Positions 1 to 14,800 of a DNA stretch of 50,946 nucleotides are shown here, piece after piece; position 1 is the first letter of the stretch; each line of letters starts with the position of its first letter. The DNA is from Paraglomus brasilianum. Lineage: Eukaryota. The DNA lies in contig CAJVPI010000127.1 of NCBI GenBank assembly GCA_910592345.1, forward strand, positions 1 to 50,946, given 5' to 3'. The translations under genes were made by a program, and so were the position numbers. Under the pieces are notes generated by a model. It had not been told where the DNA came from and searched no databases. It worked only from the letters and a program-made list of their open reading frames with translations.

Positions 1-245
1 TCTTCACCATCACATCTCACAATGAACATAGACACATCTTGGCTATACTCCAACGTAGCATTCGTTGGCAACGACTCAGTCCTATTAGCCTCGTTATCGT
101 TGATCGGCAAGGAAAGAAAATTTGTGGAATATCCTTGAGAGACTATGTTATCTGTGTCTAGATAAATCTCTGGATTCTCCTGAAGCGAAAATTCGTTAAA
201 CGACATGGGCAGGTTATTGTTCAATGTTAAGAACCAAGCACTCAT
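1..245 (-). CDS. 5' part of a hypothetical protein running off the window edge
   Basis: Minus-strand frame is open from ATG at 245 to the window start (MSAWFLTLNNNLPMSFNEFSLQENPEIYLDTDNIVSQGYS...IVRCDGE). No recognisable domain. Confidence 0.35.
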   Translation of the reverse strand, partial: MSAWFLTLNNNLPMSFNEFSLQENPEIYLDTDNIVSQGYSTNFLSLPINDNEANRTESLPTNATLEYSQDVSMFIVRCDGE

Positions 246-1802
246 AACCCATGAGGGTATTTTATAGGGAATTCAAAGACATTATTATTAGTATGTTTTG
301 TTTTGCTTATAGTACGGGCTGGCTAATTCTCCCAAAAAGCAACATTTCCCTTGTACTACCATCAAAAAGGAAATGAGACAGTGATGATTACCATGTATGT
401 AGTAGTAGTTAGCAGGAAGTGTAGTCGTTAAATGCACACCGAGCCTGTAATAGAACTGCTGTTTAAAAGCGTTCGAACAGTCTTTTGCTACACTACGCCT
501 GTTGCTTTCAGGATGCATTGGAGCTTGAAATATGTAAGGGATGTCACAAGTAGTCTTGAACATGTTACATGTCTGATAACATTATGCTTTTGATATAAAA
601 AAGAGGCGCAATACTGATTGTTATTATGCTGAATTAGCGAGGCTTGACCGTTTCAGAAAAGTAAATGAGACGTTAAAACTGTTCTTCTGTATTGCGCGTA
701 GTTAAGTAAGAGCTAATAATAAAGAACCAAACTTTACTAACTAAGCTGTTTTTTAAAAACTCTCGAATAGTTTCGGTGTATCAAAAACCAAGAGTAGGAG
801 AGACTTTGCGTGTCCTTTTGCTGGTTTTACAGCCAAGATCCTGTGCTAAGCAACTTGTGCTTTCTCATAATTGAGCTTATTAACCTTCATTCTTACAATC
901 AAATCGCTGCTACTGATCGCTTTTACCAACGTCTTTTAGGTAACATTGGCATTCACGATTTGATGGTCAACAGAAGCGTATCGATACGGGTTTACAAAGT
1001 TAGCTAACCAGACAGCATATTAATAAGTTCCGAACTGTTCTATTTGTTGACGTTCGCTATAGAGATAAAATTCCGCTTTAACGAATAGGCCCGCATTAAT
1101 GAAGATAGTCAATGGAACAGAGCATTTCGTTATAACGGCACACGAAGTACGTTATTCTTTAGGACCACACTTTGCGAGGAGTTTGTAGTATGGACCCATG
1201 CCTGTTTCTACAAAGAAAATAATATATATAAATCCATTACTAATTTACAAGTTAAATGCGCATACTACAAAGTATTTCAATAAGAATTAGGGAAGTTTCA
1301 CTGATTCTCCGAGGTTAAGATAGCATTAACAACCCAAAATGTAAAGGACACAAGCGCATTTTTCTAGCAGGCGAACGAGAAAAGAACCATTCTGCGACTA
1401 AACGAAAATCCATTATATTTATCAGAAAGATTTAGATATTCTTTCCTACACAGCTTTGCATTTCACTGAGCAATCTTTTGGTATTCGATGTGTATCCGTA
1501 AAAGCGGCGACTTTAACGAACCTCCAACAGACGTTATTCGTAAATCATTTGATCTTTGACATAATACTAATATCAAACAACACGTTTCGACTTGTGACTT
1601 TGATAGTAATAGAACTGGGTTCTTTGACTGCCTCCAGCAGCCTAAGAAACGCGTGACCATATGCAACGAGTCATTCTCGATCTACAAATAACTTTGGGCA
1701 GGGTTACTTGACATGGTTATCCATGTTACACACAAACTTTCAATATGTCACATTCACACCGTCTCATACTAATACTCGGCTTTCAAACCAAAATACTTAT
1801 AG

Positions 1803-2802
<1,000 letters not shown>

Positions 2803-3345
2803 AGAAAATAGTTGATGAGATGTGTGAAGAGGGCATGTGTGTTGGCGATTACGCGGGTGTTTAGGAAAAAGGTAATTGATGAACAATAGATGAAAATACA
2901 AATGATTACATGTAATTGTTTAGAATCGTTGTAGTTTAAAACTTCTAGTAGTGGATATATATGCCACACATCAGTATATATTGTGCTACCTTACAATAAA
3001 AACTATTGTTAATATTCTCCTGTGGCATCGTCAGAGATGTAGGGTACGTCATAGCTTCACATTAGGATTTGCCAATCTCATATGCCTCTTTGGCACACAT
3101 GGTTAACTGGATCATTATTCACGAATTCTTCATGGGAAAGCAAGATGCAATGGTAATGGGGAAGAGTGGGATAAAAGTGTCATTGTTGAAAATGATATGG
3201 TTTTGGAAATGTGGCAGAAGTAAAATCCACCATACATATACAAGCATACAATTTCCTATGATTTCTTAATCTCACTATACAGTAATAATAATAATAACAA
3301 TTCCTATTTTAAAAATCATTTTGTCAAACAATTAATAAAGCATAA

Positions 3346-4250
3346 CTAATTCTTTCTAGCCTTCTTTGCCTTCAGATTATCATGGTGGACAATATTCTTG
3401 CTTTCCTGGAGGAGCTTGACAACCCAAAGAAAATTCACAACTGTTTTGAAGTAGTTCCCCTTCATTCTGTTCTTCTGAACTATCTTTCTCTACAGGCTTA
3501 ATTATATTGCTCACAATGATCTAAAAATTAGGAGTTTCATTTAGCAACATTATTGTCAGGACTCATAGTAATAGGGGACTATTGACATTGTAATTGTTTT
3601 AATATTAAAAAACATTCAAACACAAAGCATATTAATATTAATATACCTTTGCTTTCCATGCCAATACTCGATATAATAGAGGCTATGGTTCTGACCCTTT
3701 TCTCCGTTAAATCAAGAGATCCACTAAATCGAGTTTTCACAATATAAATATACTGGATATCATAACAAACCATGTTATTATTATATCAACTTTATTGGCG
3801 ATCTTCAAATAATTAATATTTGCTTAGCATAAATTATGAAGGCCTTACTTGAACCAGGATAGATGGCTAAGGTGCAATAGGGTTGAGCCTTCCTATATTC
3901 TTCGTCAAACTGCTTCATTAAATCATTGCCGTCGTATATCGGCGCGTTGACGAAGTATCTGTGAATTTCGGTTAGATTATATGAGTGTATGAACATGCAC
4001 ATGCTCATGCGAGTTTTCGAGGAGTGCACATCCGGATTGTGTTGAAAATTTTCAGATCCCGTCTTCCCATTGTTTTCCTTTGATATCAATGCAGAGACGG
4101 TTCGATTTGCGTTCTTTCTTGCTGATGATGCTAGACTGGACGACTCTTCCCTGTTATAATAGTTAACATGAGAAAAGCTTAAGTTTACCCAAAAGACAAG
4201 ACATGAACAAACAATCTTCAAACCTTATGGCCTAATGTTTTCAAAACATT
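3346..4250 (-). CDS. hypothetical multi-exon gene or gene remnant
   Basis: Several exon-like open segments bounded by GT/AG (EESSSLASSARKNANRTVSAL...; YFVNAPIYDGNDLMKQFDEEYRKAQ...; terminal IIVSNIIKPVEK...KAKKARKN*). The internal phases could not be fully reconciled and the start is uncertain. Confidence 0.35.
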
Positions 4251-4799
4251 TGTCAATAAAACTTGTCAAGTCAACAATCGCAGGAGCAATCAATCGGGGG
4301 AAACTGTGGCCTCTCCTACTTTATATTGTCAAAGCTCAAAAAACCGATGGCAATTTCCGCGTAGGTTTCGAAAAACTGATATAGAGGCGCAATATCGGTT
4401 TTGAGGAACTTTTAATATTGGACTTATTTTTATCGGATAGCTGACATATGATGAAAGTATAAAATAGATATTAATATATTTAGTCCCGTTTTTTTACGAG
4501 AGTAGAAGATCATCTGAATACTGTAAGTTGTATTCTGAGGAAGGTTGATACGACCGGAAGTCTTACACGATGGGTTATGGTAGTAACTTATTGACTAGAC
4601 TGCCATCGCGCTTAACAGTAGAAGAATATAGCACGACTTACTTTTACGTTCGAAAAAGCGGTTTAAAAGCTGTTGACGTTAGCGAAAAGAATTTAAGATT
4701 TAGTGCCTAAAAATGGGCAGTCCCGTGATAATTAGCTCAATGGGTTATTATTATCATTATTGGTTAAAACACGTCAATACACACGAAAAGGAATAAACT

Positions 4800-4852
4800 T
4801 CAACAACCCAACGTGTACCTAAATAAAGACCTCGAAAACTCAACAACCCAAC
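4800..4852 (+). mobile_element. micro-insertion copy 1 (27-bp insert, 13-bp TSD)
   Basis: TCAACAACCCAAC (4800-4812) + GTGTACCTAAATAAAGACCTCGAAAAC (4813-4839) + TCAACAACCCAAC (4840-4852). Confidence 0.8.
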
Positions 4853-6441
4853 TATCTCAACCAAGTTGATTGTTGGCAACGTTTGTTACATGCCAGAGTT
4901 TCCATCAATCAAGGTTTGTCCGACTACTATAGCTCCTCAACTATCAACGTTTAAGATTCAAATCTTCTTTATTCAGCCTTCTTTTTTTCCTGCCAAGAGT
5001 AACTTCTTAAAGTTTGCAATTTCATATTTAACTCCTCTTGTTGCATGTAGAACGAAAGACTGTCAATAATAATATTATTAATAGCTTCTGATGATACCTT
5101 TCTCACTTTCTCCAGCAATTAAGTAATTTCCTTTTTGTTAGACGAGTGATTTTACATTGACTATTATTCGCTAAACGTACATTGGGATCTTGTCTGGAAT
5201 ATATCTTAAGCATTTATATCTTTCTATGCTATTACAAATATATAACAATTAAATAAGAACTTACAGCACTTCTAATCTAATCACTACTCTTAATGGCCTA
5301 TTAATATATATTTAGGCAATTAATAACACAAAGACAAATATTAAATAAACATATCGTCGAAAGTCAGGTTCACCTGGTACACAGTAGCATATATAAAATA
5401 TTTAATGCCTATTATATATTATATCGTAAATATTATTTCGCTAATGAAGGTTAGGTTCGCCTCAATATTAATATTTTTCTTTTCACTGTAATGCTTCTAT
5501 TGAATTTTCATCAAGAGTATCCGCATTTCACTTCGTGTCTCTATGGCTCCTGCAGATAAGTTCCGAATAGTTTCTCTCCAGATTTTTTCTTCGAAAACAA
5601 AAACTACAAGAGTGTAGAACTCTCCCTGCCTCCCTCATTTAGCATCCTGAGGTCGGCCAATACTCTACTAACATTTTTGGCATGGGTTTCCCTTCATTGA
5701 CAAAATAACTTAAACAAAACAATGATAAATCCACAAACCTTTGTTGTATCGAACGAGTATCAACCTTCTAATGAGTATATTTCAGCTTATTATTCGAATA
5801 TTTGTTCTTCATTTTGATAATACAGTAATATCCCTTGCTGTCCTCTACTGGCTACTCGAAAACCAGACTTTGCATTTATTGCTAAAGATGATCCTCTAGG
5901 CATCGTGTGTTGTGAGAAATAAGGAAACGATCTGGCACTAACGCAGATATAGGACACGCTATATCATTCGGTGAAAAGGTCCTCGGCGAGCCTATGTATA
6001 CGTGATTTCCGTGCTGCAACGGTCCGTATTTGCATCTGTAATAATAATTAGGTGCGACTCTAATAATAGTGACAACTTACCCAGCAGTTGGGTGGAAGTA
6101 CCTAGTAACGATTATGGGATGTGACTCTTCTGCTTTACCTTCATAATAATATAAACATTAACATTCTAATCATTCTTTAATAAGTATTAGTATCCTTAAT
6201 ATTAAGCTTAAAACTAGTTCTAGCGGTTGACCGCTATATTGTTATTATTGTTATAAACTCGGAGAATGTTCCTCCGGCCTATCGACAATTGACTCCGAAG
6301 CGATTGTGTGATTATAATAATACAAATAAAAACTACTCCGGCAACGTGATCGAAGTCCATTACACAGAACTGGGCACAGAAATAAATGACTGCTGTGCAT
6401 CCAGACTTTGGCAGTTTGACATATACTCTACTCTCTTCATT

Positions 6442-8831
6442 ATGGAACCAAAGCTAATTGAGCTTACTTCCTTATCCAAGAAGGCCCTGTCTTTTAGCGA
6501 GACTTTGTGCTCCAAGGCTGAAGCTCTTATAAAAGACTGCAAAACTGATATAGACAGTGTGGAAATAATATACCCCAAACTGCGCTTTCTTTGGTATGAA
6601 CTTCAAGTTCAGGCAAAGGTGCGTTGACTGAAAACAAACCCTCCGGTAATGGTTCTTTTTTATACACCTTTCGCACTAATCTACTTTCCTCTTCCAGTCA
6701 CTTGACAGGTTGAAAGAAATTGCGATAAATCAAACCAATAGTTTGAAGCTGTATAATTCTGTAGGTAAAAATCATTCTATTACAAAAGCTCGCTGTGGTA
6801 CCTTCCAAGTTACGTGCATGCTAAACCCCTTAATCTTACATAGAACAAGGAGAAGCAATTGGCTGCTATTTACGAAGAGCTTGATAAGGTCTTGGATAGT
6901 TTACGCAATAAAATTGTAAATCCCGCGATACGAAAGAGCGCATTAACATTAGATGACGAATCGGTGGATAATCCAGAGGCCATGACAAAGGGCATAGAGG
7001 GCGAGCGGACTGAGCGCGAAGGGAATGATAAGGTGTCTTTATACGATTACATTGATGAGATTAGCGTGCAAGATTTGAAGCGCAAAACGCAAGAGGAGGT
7101 TACAAACATACAAGTAAGCCCATAACTCATATGATCTCTCTAAAATGAGAATATAATACCGATTTCATGCAGTCTCGTATTATCTTGGCTGGGTATTGAC
7201 TATTTTAACCTTTATTTAACAAAGCAATTCCAATCAGTCAGCTCCAATATTGTCACTCAAATTAGCGCCCATATTAGCCACTTTCGTACACTCTTCAATA
7301 ACTGTCCGATCGATCTTGAAGAGTCAAGTGTTGCATTCCTTCAAGAAAAATCGTCCATACACGAACAAGAAACCAAGGTTATGGCTGAGAGTCTACTTTC
7401 TTTAGCTAGACACGATGAACAAGTCAGCGCAGCATTGAAGTAAGTAGTGAATATTCTTTATATTAATTTGATTTGGCAACAATGGAATGTGTGCTGAGGG
7501 GTTTGTAAATACGAGGTTAGCTCATTTCTTTGGGTTTATTGCGTAGATCTTGTCAATCAAATGCTGAAATGAGTTTACAATTAGACATTTCTGGTATGCA
7601 TGATTCATATTTTCTTGGTGACATGCTGTCTTTTTTCACAAGATATTGATTATGAAATTTTTGTGGGTTAGTTCTTGAGAAAGATACGCGAGAACTGCCA
7701 ACGGTGATTGAAGAACTGAAGGAATCACTTCAAATCATAAAATCAACAAGGTCAGTAATTGTCATTATTTTATTAGCCACTGTGGGAAAAAAAGGCATCA
7801 ATTTTAACTTGGTATCGGGCATAATAAGTAGTTTAATTTTATGTATATTGAAGCTTGACCATTTTTTAGTATTGCTTAATCTTTTTTCCTTGATTGTAAC
7901 TAGTGAAGAGATAAGCGTGCGGAGTCAGGTGTATAATGCATCATATAATGAAGCTGTTAAAGTATTCGACGAATTGGACGCATTTGGAAGTAAAATGGAA
8001 GAAATTGTCGCTGCAATCAAAGCCAATGAGGTCGGTTTTAATATACATTTGACTCTATCGTGTAATATTGAATGTTATTTAACATTAACCTAGACATATA
8101 ATCACTTTTCAGGCTGACTTTGAGAAAGGACGTATTATTGTTGATCGCTTTATAGAAGAACTCTGGAATCTTATTGGATGGTACGTGAATTAATTTGATC
8201 TGGATCTTAAATACCTAATATTTTATGGCTAATTTTTATACGGATTGAATAGGTATGAGGAGTTTTTGAAATCATACGATTACTTGATTATCGAGATTGA
8301 TCGGCGTCAGTGTGTGGGAGAACAGCATATTAAATTGGCAGACGAGTTCTACGCCAAGCTAGAAAGTCTCTATCTGGGTAAGTTTTACTTGGATGAGTTG
8401 TTTTGATGAAATAAGTAAATAATACCATGGTAACCGTCTGGCTTTGACACTGTATTAGAGGAAACACAGCAGAGGAATTTATTCTTCCAGATGCATGGAC
8501 AATACATACCAATGGATTTATGCCCTCCAATCCAAGTATGATAAAGTGATACTGTTGAACCAAACCATATTTTATCTTTTCTGCACAATAACATTAAAAC
8601 TCTGAATTTTTATTCACTCAGGAGCAGCCAATAAGATACGAAATCATTCCTCAAACAAGTACAAAATTACCTACAATTCCACCAAAGGCGTTGGCTGAGG
8701 TAAGTTAGCAAGTGTAATAGCATGACACAATCTAATCAAGCTCGTATAAGACTAATTGTTCTGCAACTGATCATAATCATTTTTAACAGGCTCAGGCTAA
8801 TGTAGACAAATATAGATCGAGTGCACAGTAG
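6442..8831 (+). CDS. ATG17: autophagy-related protein 17, about 12 exons
   Basis: Spliced product MEPKLIELTSLSKKAL...SLYDYIDEISVQDLK...MAESLLSLARHDEQV...WYEEFLKSYDYLIIEIDRR...RNLFFQMHGQYIPMDLCP matches Atg17 family motifs (LxDFID; MAxxLxSLxxH; YxxLxxExxRR; GxYLPxDL). Canonical GT-AG introns; TAG at 8829-8831. Confidence 0.85.
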
Positions 8832-9322
8832 GCTAATGTATAGGAAGCCTCTGGTAGGAGTTTTTTCTAAACAATTGGTATTGAATGCCGGGTTCCGTTG
8901 TTATGCTTTAATGGAATCCATAGCTTTTGTGTCACTAATTATAAGTCTACAATCTTTTTTTGTATTCGTTCAGAGAACAAGTCGCACATTATGATGACGC
9001 CTCATAATCAATATTCCAATATTATGTTGAACAAGGTAATAATATAGTTATCAACACTCTTTGAACACATTTGTTATTTAATAAGTAGTTCTTTATATTG
9101 TACATGCTATTGTTGACACATTCTATGTCTATGAAATGTTATGAATAATATTCAATAGACTGAAATTCTCTGAACATTTATTCTTTAGGGTGCACTCCTC
9201 CCCAGCGCACTGCAGATTGCATAGCCGGCCATAACGAATAATAACAAAAGGTTACGTTGTTATTATTCCATAGTACTTTCCGTCCTCCTTGATAAATAAA
9301 TATATTGTCATCTAATTTTAAA

Positions 9323-11684
9323 TTATCGTAAATCAGCAATTCGTAAGTCTAGGTTTTTGTTAATAACATGTCCATTTTTAGATATGTCCTGAAAATAAAA
9401 AGAAAATGTAAGCGACTGTGATATAAGAGTATATACATCGAAAAGAATATATTTGCAATCGTTAGATACCACAAAAAGTTCATCTTCTGCGTGCGGATGG
9501 AATCCTCTCTTTGTACATTTGATTACAGCTTGAAGTCCAGGTGGATTAGAAAGACGGAAAATACGGATGCTAGAAAAATCAACTGCATTTAGGATTATTC
9601 ACAAATATAAGCAGGATATTCAAACGTCAAAATGACAACATACTCGTTGTACTTTGGTGCACAGACAATAGCAATGGCTTCTGGAATGCCCCATTGATAG
9701 GATGAGTGAGTATGCAAATCTATCGAACTCATAAAGCATGTTTGGGTGGGATGGGTCTAAAATGAGGAGAAATAATGATTTGTGAGTTATTTGGAATTAA
9801 CACGTTGATGATTATCCGCAACTCACATGTATCCATCCTAACGTCAGTTCGTTCGGATTCACACATTCAAGGAGTTCTTCTTCGTTTATCATGTTGCAAC
9901 TGTCTGAAGTAGCAGTTTGCTTGGGAATTATTAAAGACGTGATACAGAATGAGTTGTGCGACTGGAAAATAATAAAACATTCTGTCAGTATGATCGAAAG
10001 TCGTAAAATCTGGTAGATTGAACAATGATGGTAGTAATTTTTTACCAAAGTTCCAACTAAAATACCAAGAGTTTCCAAATTATTTTTTGTGTTCTTTGCG
10101 GCGATTTTTAAGAATTCCCTGGTCAACTTGGATGGCAAATATATTGTTCGTAGACCTTCTCCGCCTTCCGTATATGCCTTGTAATCTACCTCTGCAATAT
10201 AAACATTACGTATGAGCACAGTCCAACGTTGCTAAAACAGATATCTACTTGAACCGGACAGTTTTCTCGTACCTTCGACATAGCCGTCTTCTATCTTTCC
10301 ATCTACTTGAATCTCTGGTTTAACTTGGAGCGTAGCCGCAGAAATTGTGTTCTTATCGTCCATTGTATAGTTTTCCAACTTTGGTGGTTTAGGTGGTCCG
10401 TGAGGCACTTTTGGTGGCAGCCGTGGAACAAAAACGTCCGCGTCTTCAACATCATGTGGCAACTTTGGCGGAATAGCAGGTGGTGACTTTGATGGTGGAG
10501 GAGCAACTAATTCCGGCGGCACCGGTGGCAGTGCTGGTGGCGTAAAAGGCGAGGGTCGATCGTTGAGACCAGTATATGAATACCTATTCGTGAAGCGGTA
10601 TTGGTGGGTTGAGCCCAATACGAAAGAAAAAGAAGAAAAAAGTGAATGGTAACAGATTGAACTGCCTACCCGTCACTTTCATTTCTTAGTGATACAGTGG
10701 GATATTCTACTTTCTGAACAGATCGGTGAAGATTGTAAGTCAAGTGTATATATAACAAACGCTCGTGATCCGCACATGCTTACCGTAGTAGCTCCTGGCG
10801 CATTTCGTTTCGAGGATCTAAATTATAACACAATTGAAAGACCAGTTATGGAGAAAACCATCACACATTATATAATGTAAATCGCAAATAAAGCACGCAA
10901 AGGATACAAATTGTTCGAACTGTATTCGCTGTAATTTTCTTTTTCAGTCCGCAGTTTATTCATTTGATTTATCAAAGACCATTCTTCAACCCTTCTAGCA
11001 GACATTTGATCTGCTTGCTGGGTATGATCTAATATTCTTGCTTCCTTTTGCCTCCTCGCACGTTCTTCTGCTTCCTTCCGATGTGCTCTTTTTGTCGCTT
11101 CCAGTTCTGCTCTCATCTGCTCTTCGCGCATATGTTCAAGCTTTGGTTTGAGAATTGCCATTTCTGTAAGTACCTTATCCGCTTGCTAGAATCAAATAGA
11201 ATGTAAGCGCTTCTAGTCGACCGTTAATATTATCATTCCAAAGTCGTCACAAATAACATAGTTTACCCTTTTCAAGTCGGCTATCATTTTTTTGCTCTCC
11301 GGTTTGTTATACTCCGGGTGTGCTGGCAACTTGTCAAGAGTGATTCTAGTATCATTAATATCTGCAGATCAATATTCAAGCTCTCCAAAATGCTTAAAGA
11401 CTAACTGATTAAATTCTTACACGGCAAATTTCATATAAAATTTGAATGCGTTAAGAACATCTTGTTCAAGTTTATACTGTTCCGCCTGAAGGAGCAGTAA
11501 GCACGTTAAGTAATGGAAGTCCAGAGAATTATACAAAAGTGCTATAATATACCTGTCGGAGAACACTAGATATTGTCCGTAGATAGATCTTGAGTGCAAT
11601 ATGCGTGTGCAATTCAAGCTTTGAGGCTTCTGCTGAGATCTCTTTTATGGTGGGTATTCTTTTGGTGAGCGGAGCCGTCGACAT
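9323..11684 (-). CDS. STAMBP: AMSH/STAMBP-like JAMM (MPN+) K63 deubiquitinase, multi-exon
   Basis: N-terminal USP8-dimer/MIT-like region ([16 protein letters not shown]...[10 protein letters not shown]...KLPAHPEY), a proline-rich linker, and a JAMM domain ([14 protein letters not shown]...[11 protein letters not shown]...[22 protein letters not shown]...[10 protein letters not shown]...GFHPH). ATG at 11684, TAA at 9323-9325. Confidence 0.95.
10818..10907 (-). other. candidate U12-type (minor spliceosome) GT-AG intron in the AMSH gene
   Basis: 5' splice site GTATCCTTT is the U12 consensus. Branch-like TTCTCCATAAC (consensus TTCCTTAAC) lies about 28 nt upstream of TTTAG. Removal keeps the frame ([14 protein letters not shown]). 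Confidence 0.75.
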
Positions 11685-11871
11685 TTTGTAAGATTGTTAT
11701 AACAAGTTTAATTATAGTGGAGAGAATCCGCTTGGTTATAGTTATTGTCATCGGACAGAATTACAGTGACGGGTATGTTACACAGGTGGTACCTTGCAAA
11801 CGCGTCCTAAAAAGGTACGCGAAGTAAGATATAATATTCTCCAACTATCGGTAACCGCTGAACTGGACACT
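11685..11871. promoter_or_regulatory. short divergent (bidirectional) promoter region between AMSH and Cnd1
   Basis: Only 187 bp separate the two head-to-head ATGs. Contains ACGCGT (11800-11805) and CGCGAA (11818-11823). Confidence 0.5.
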
Positions 11872-14800
11872 ATGGAAGAGTTTGCCTTGAGCGAGGAACT
11901 CGAAAAACTTCAGGAGGAAAATTATTATCTCAAGACTCTAGCCAATCTAAGAGAAGCCGACTTGATACAAATCAGTAGGGAACTACAGAGTAAGTGTTTT
12001 GTTAGAATAGATTCCAAACAGAATTTGGTATTAACAAGCTGTTTCAATAATATAGGCTGTCTTGAAAAGGTAGAAGAAGACCCGCAGAACATATTCAACA
12101 CTCAGTTATTTGCACGCTTGAAAAGCATTACAAAGTACGTATGCGCAAGTCTTTTGGCGATAGTCAATGAAAGATCGATACACCTGTTAATTACATTAGC
12201 ATTCATTAGAAAATTCAGCAATCTGAAACCACCGCAGATATCTCAACTTATTAATATAATAATCACAGGTAAACGAGTGATTTTGTTGGCATCAAGCCTT
12301 TCTAACACTATAGTTGACATGACGTTAAACTTTGAACATGCAAGGCCTTGCAACTGAATGTGAGAACACATCAGGCGATCTTCAAGCCAATGATGATCAG
12401 ACATTTGACAGTCACCGACAAGCACTCAATATGTGGAGCTTTTTACTCGGTTGGGCTACATATTTAGCAGAAAACAAAGCACAATCAAAGCAGAATCAGA
12501 AAGAGACTGGAGAATTCACTAGCAGATCGGGCCGAGTATGCGGACAATATTTCGACGAGGATCGCTTCTTTGGTTTTGCTACATAAATTAATATGATTAT
12601 TTTTATAGCGCGGAAAAGAACGAAACAATGAACCGAGTCAATGGAATTGGGATGAACAAAGAAAGGCTACCTTGACTGTGATGGTAAACGTATTGAAATT
12701 GAATCTTGAAAGTATATGGGTTATGAAACAGGAATTGGAGACTTTTGTTGGGTAGGGCCACTCACGTTAATATGAAACAGCCTTGGCAACTGTAACTTGC
12801 TTATTATTAACCAAAACCCTGGTATATCTAGAATATTTACAAAGACAGTTTTCCTAATATTGGAAAGTCCACTAAATATCAAAGATCAATCGACCAAAAT
12901 GCACTTGTTTGAAATACTAGCCATCTCGACGAAAAACTATAAGCAAACCTTTGGTAAGCTGTTTATCGTGTTGTCTAGTCGACTACATCAACAACTTTTA
13001 TTAGAGATTGACAATGGCTGACTTCGTTTTCTCTAGCAATAAAAACCTCCATCCTCCAACATCTTCGCTATTACGAACACATGCCGGAACCAACGGCCGA
13101 GCTACTCGGATATTTACATAATAAATACACGTACACACAATTAACTGACGATATACTAATGTATGTGCCAAACAGTCGTACGTTACAAGAAATGAGGCCT
13201 ATAAATTAACATGCATTTTCCGCTTGTCAGGGAAATTGGTGATGCTGATCTATCAGTTCAAGACAAGACTGGTCCAAAGCAGTTTTCTAAATTCTTGGTG
13301 AGACTGTCAGAAGTAGCGGCTAGCCTTGTACTGAGGCAATTAGTACATGTGATGAAGCATATGGACAGTCCGGTAGAGTATAATGCGATGAAGAAACATT
13401 AACCTTAAAAACACCAGCTTACCCGAGTTATTAATATAATAGGTTGGTCCGATGCGTGTGGCTGTCATTGAGATTACTGGAAATCTTATTGAGCATCTGG
13501 CAAATAGAGATGAACAGACAGAGTCGGATAAAGAGACTTTGAATAATCTTTTTAATATATTAAAACAGCGTTCTCTGGATCTTAATGGATTTGTAAGAGC
13601 AAAAGTGATGCAGGCCTGCATTAAAATATGCGAGTATGTATTCAGTTTGTAATTTGCTATTTTAAAAATTTCCTATATATTTAATTTAATAAACTGTTCT
13701 ATACTAGCCTAAAGGCGAAGTTTCCCAAAGCGAGGCAGCATCTGGTAGATCGGGCAATCCAATGTCTGAAAGATAAGAGTGTAATTGTACGCAAATACGC
13801 TATACAAGCACTGGCAAAATTTATCCGAACTCATCCATTCGGTATGGTCTATGGTGGGGAACTTCGATCGCAACCATGGAAGGACGGGTTAGCGAAAATC
13901 AATGAGGATTCTTCGGTACATGTTCTACTAAGTAACGTAATTTTAAATTGGAATTCGGAACATATTTTCTAAACAAATTTGAAATATCAGTCTATAGAAC
14001 CTCCCGAGGAGCTTTCTCATATTACACAGGAGTCCCCTCCGTCATCTCCACTCGCTGATGCCCAATCATCCCGTCCCTCATCGCCATCACCAATATCTTC
14101 CAACGTTTCTCCAGAGTACTACGAAAAACTCAACTTAACCAAAAGATATTATGCCGATGCCTTGCGTTTCATCGAATCGCTTTCAACGGCTATACCAACA
14201 TTATTTCAGTTATTGGACTCGATCAATAAATCTGAAGTTATTGAAACTATGGAGTTTTTTGTTGCAGCCTATCAGTACAAATTGGATCGCGCCGAAGAGG
14301 GATTGACAAAAATGCTACATCTGATATGGTCACGAGAGACAGATGAAGGAAAGAGTGTAAAGAAGAAGTTGATAGAATGTTATCAAAATGTTTATATATC
14401 AACTGGAGAAGGTGCTGCCGAGATAGAAAGAGTTGAGCAAACAGTTCGGAATCTTGTTAGGTGAGTATCATCTGACGAGCAAAAAGACGCTTTACTAAGA
14501 ATAAGTATGGAGATAGGTCGAAGACTTACGCCTATAATTACCTTGCCAGATTGGCCGATACAACCTCTGTTGCAAAATTAACTTCCCTCGAAGAGCTCTT
14601 TAGCACAATGATGTCAACAGAACTTATATCACCCGAAGTAATAGAAAGACTCTGGACTGTTTATGGTAGGGACCAGCATTATGATTTAGTTCAATCAAAT
14701 GTCTAATCCAGAATGCCGATTTAACTATCAACATAAAAGCTGCATCAAATTCTCAAACCAGTGCAAAAGAACGTCGAGGAGCTATGATGGTGCTTGCGAG

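Noticed and set aside
1020..1730. Possible small multi-exon gene on the minus strand, divergent from TVP23 (MDNHVKLLEAVKEP...)
   Set aside because: Splice-like signals exist, but I could not assemble a consistent open frame or recognise a domain.
5460..5700. Minus-strand coding-like remnant (…LDENSIEALQ…), faintly like a hAT dimerisation region
   Set aside because: Too short and degenerate to assign.
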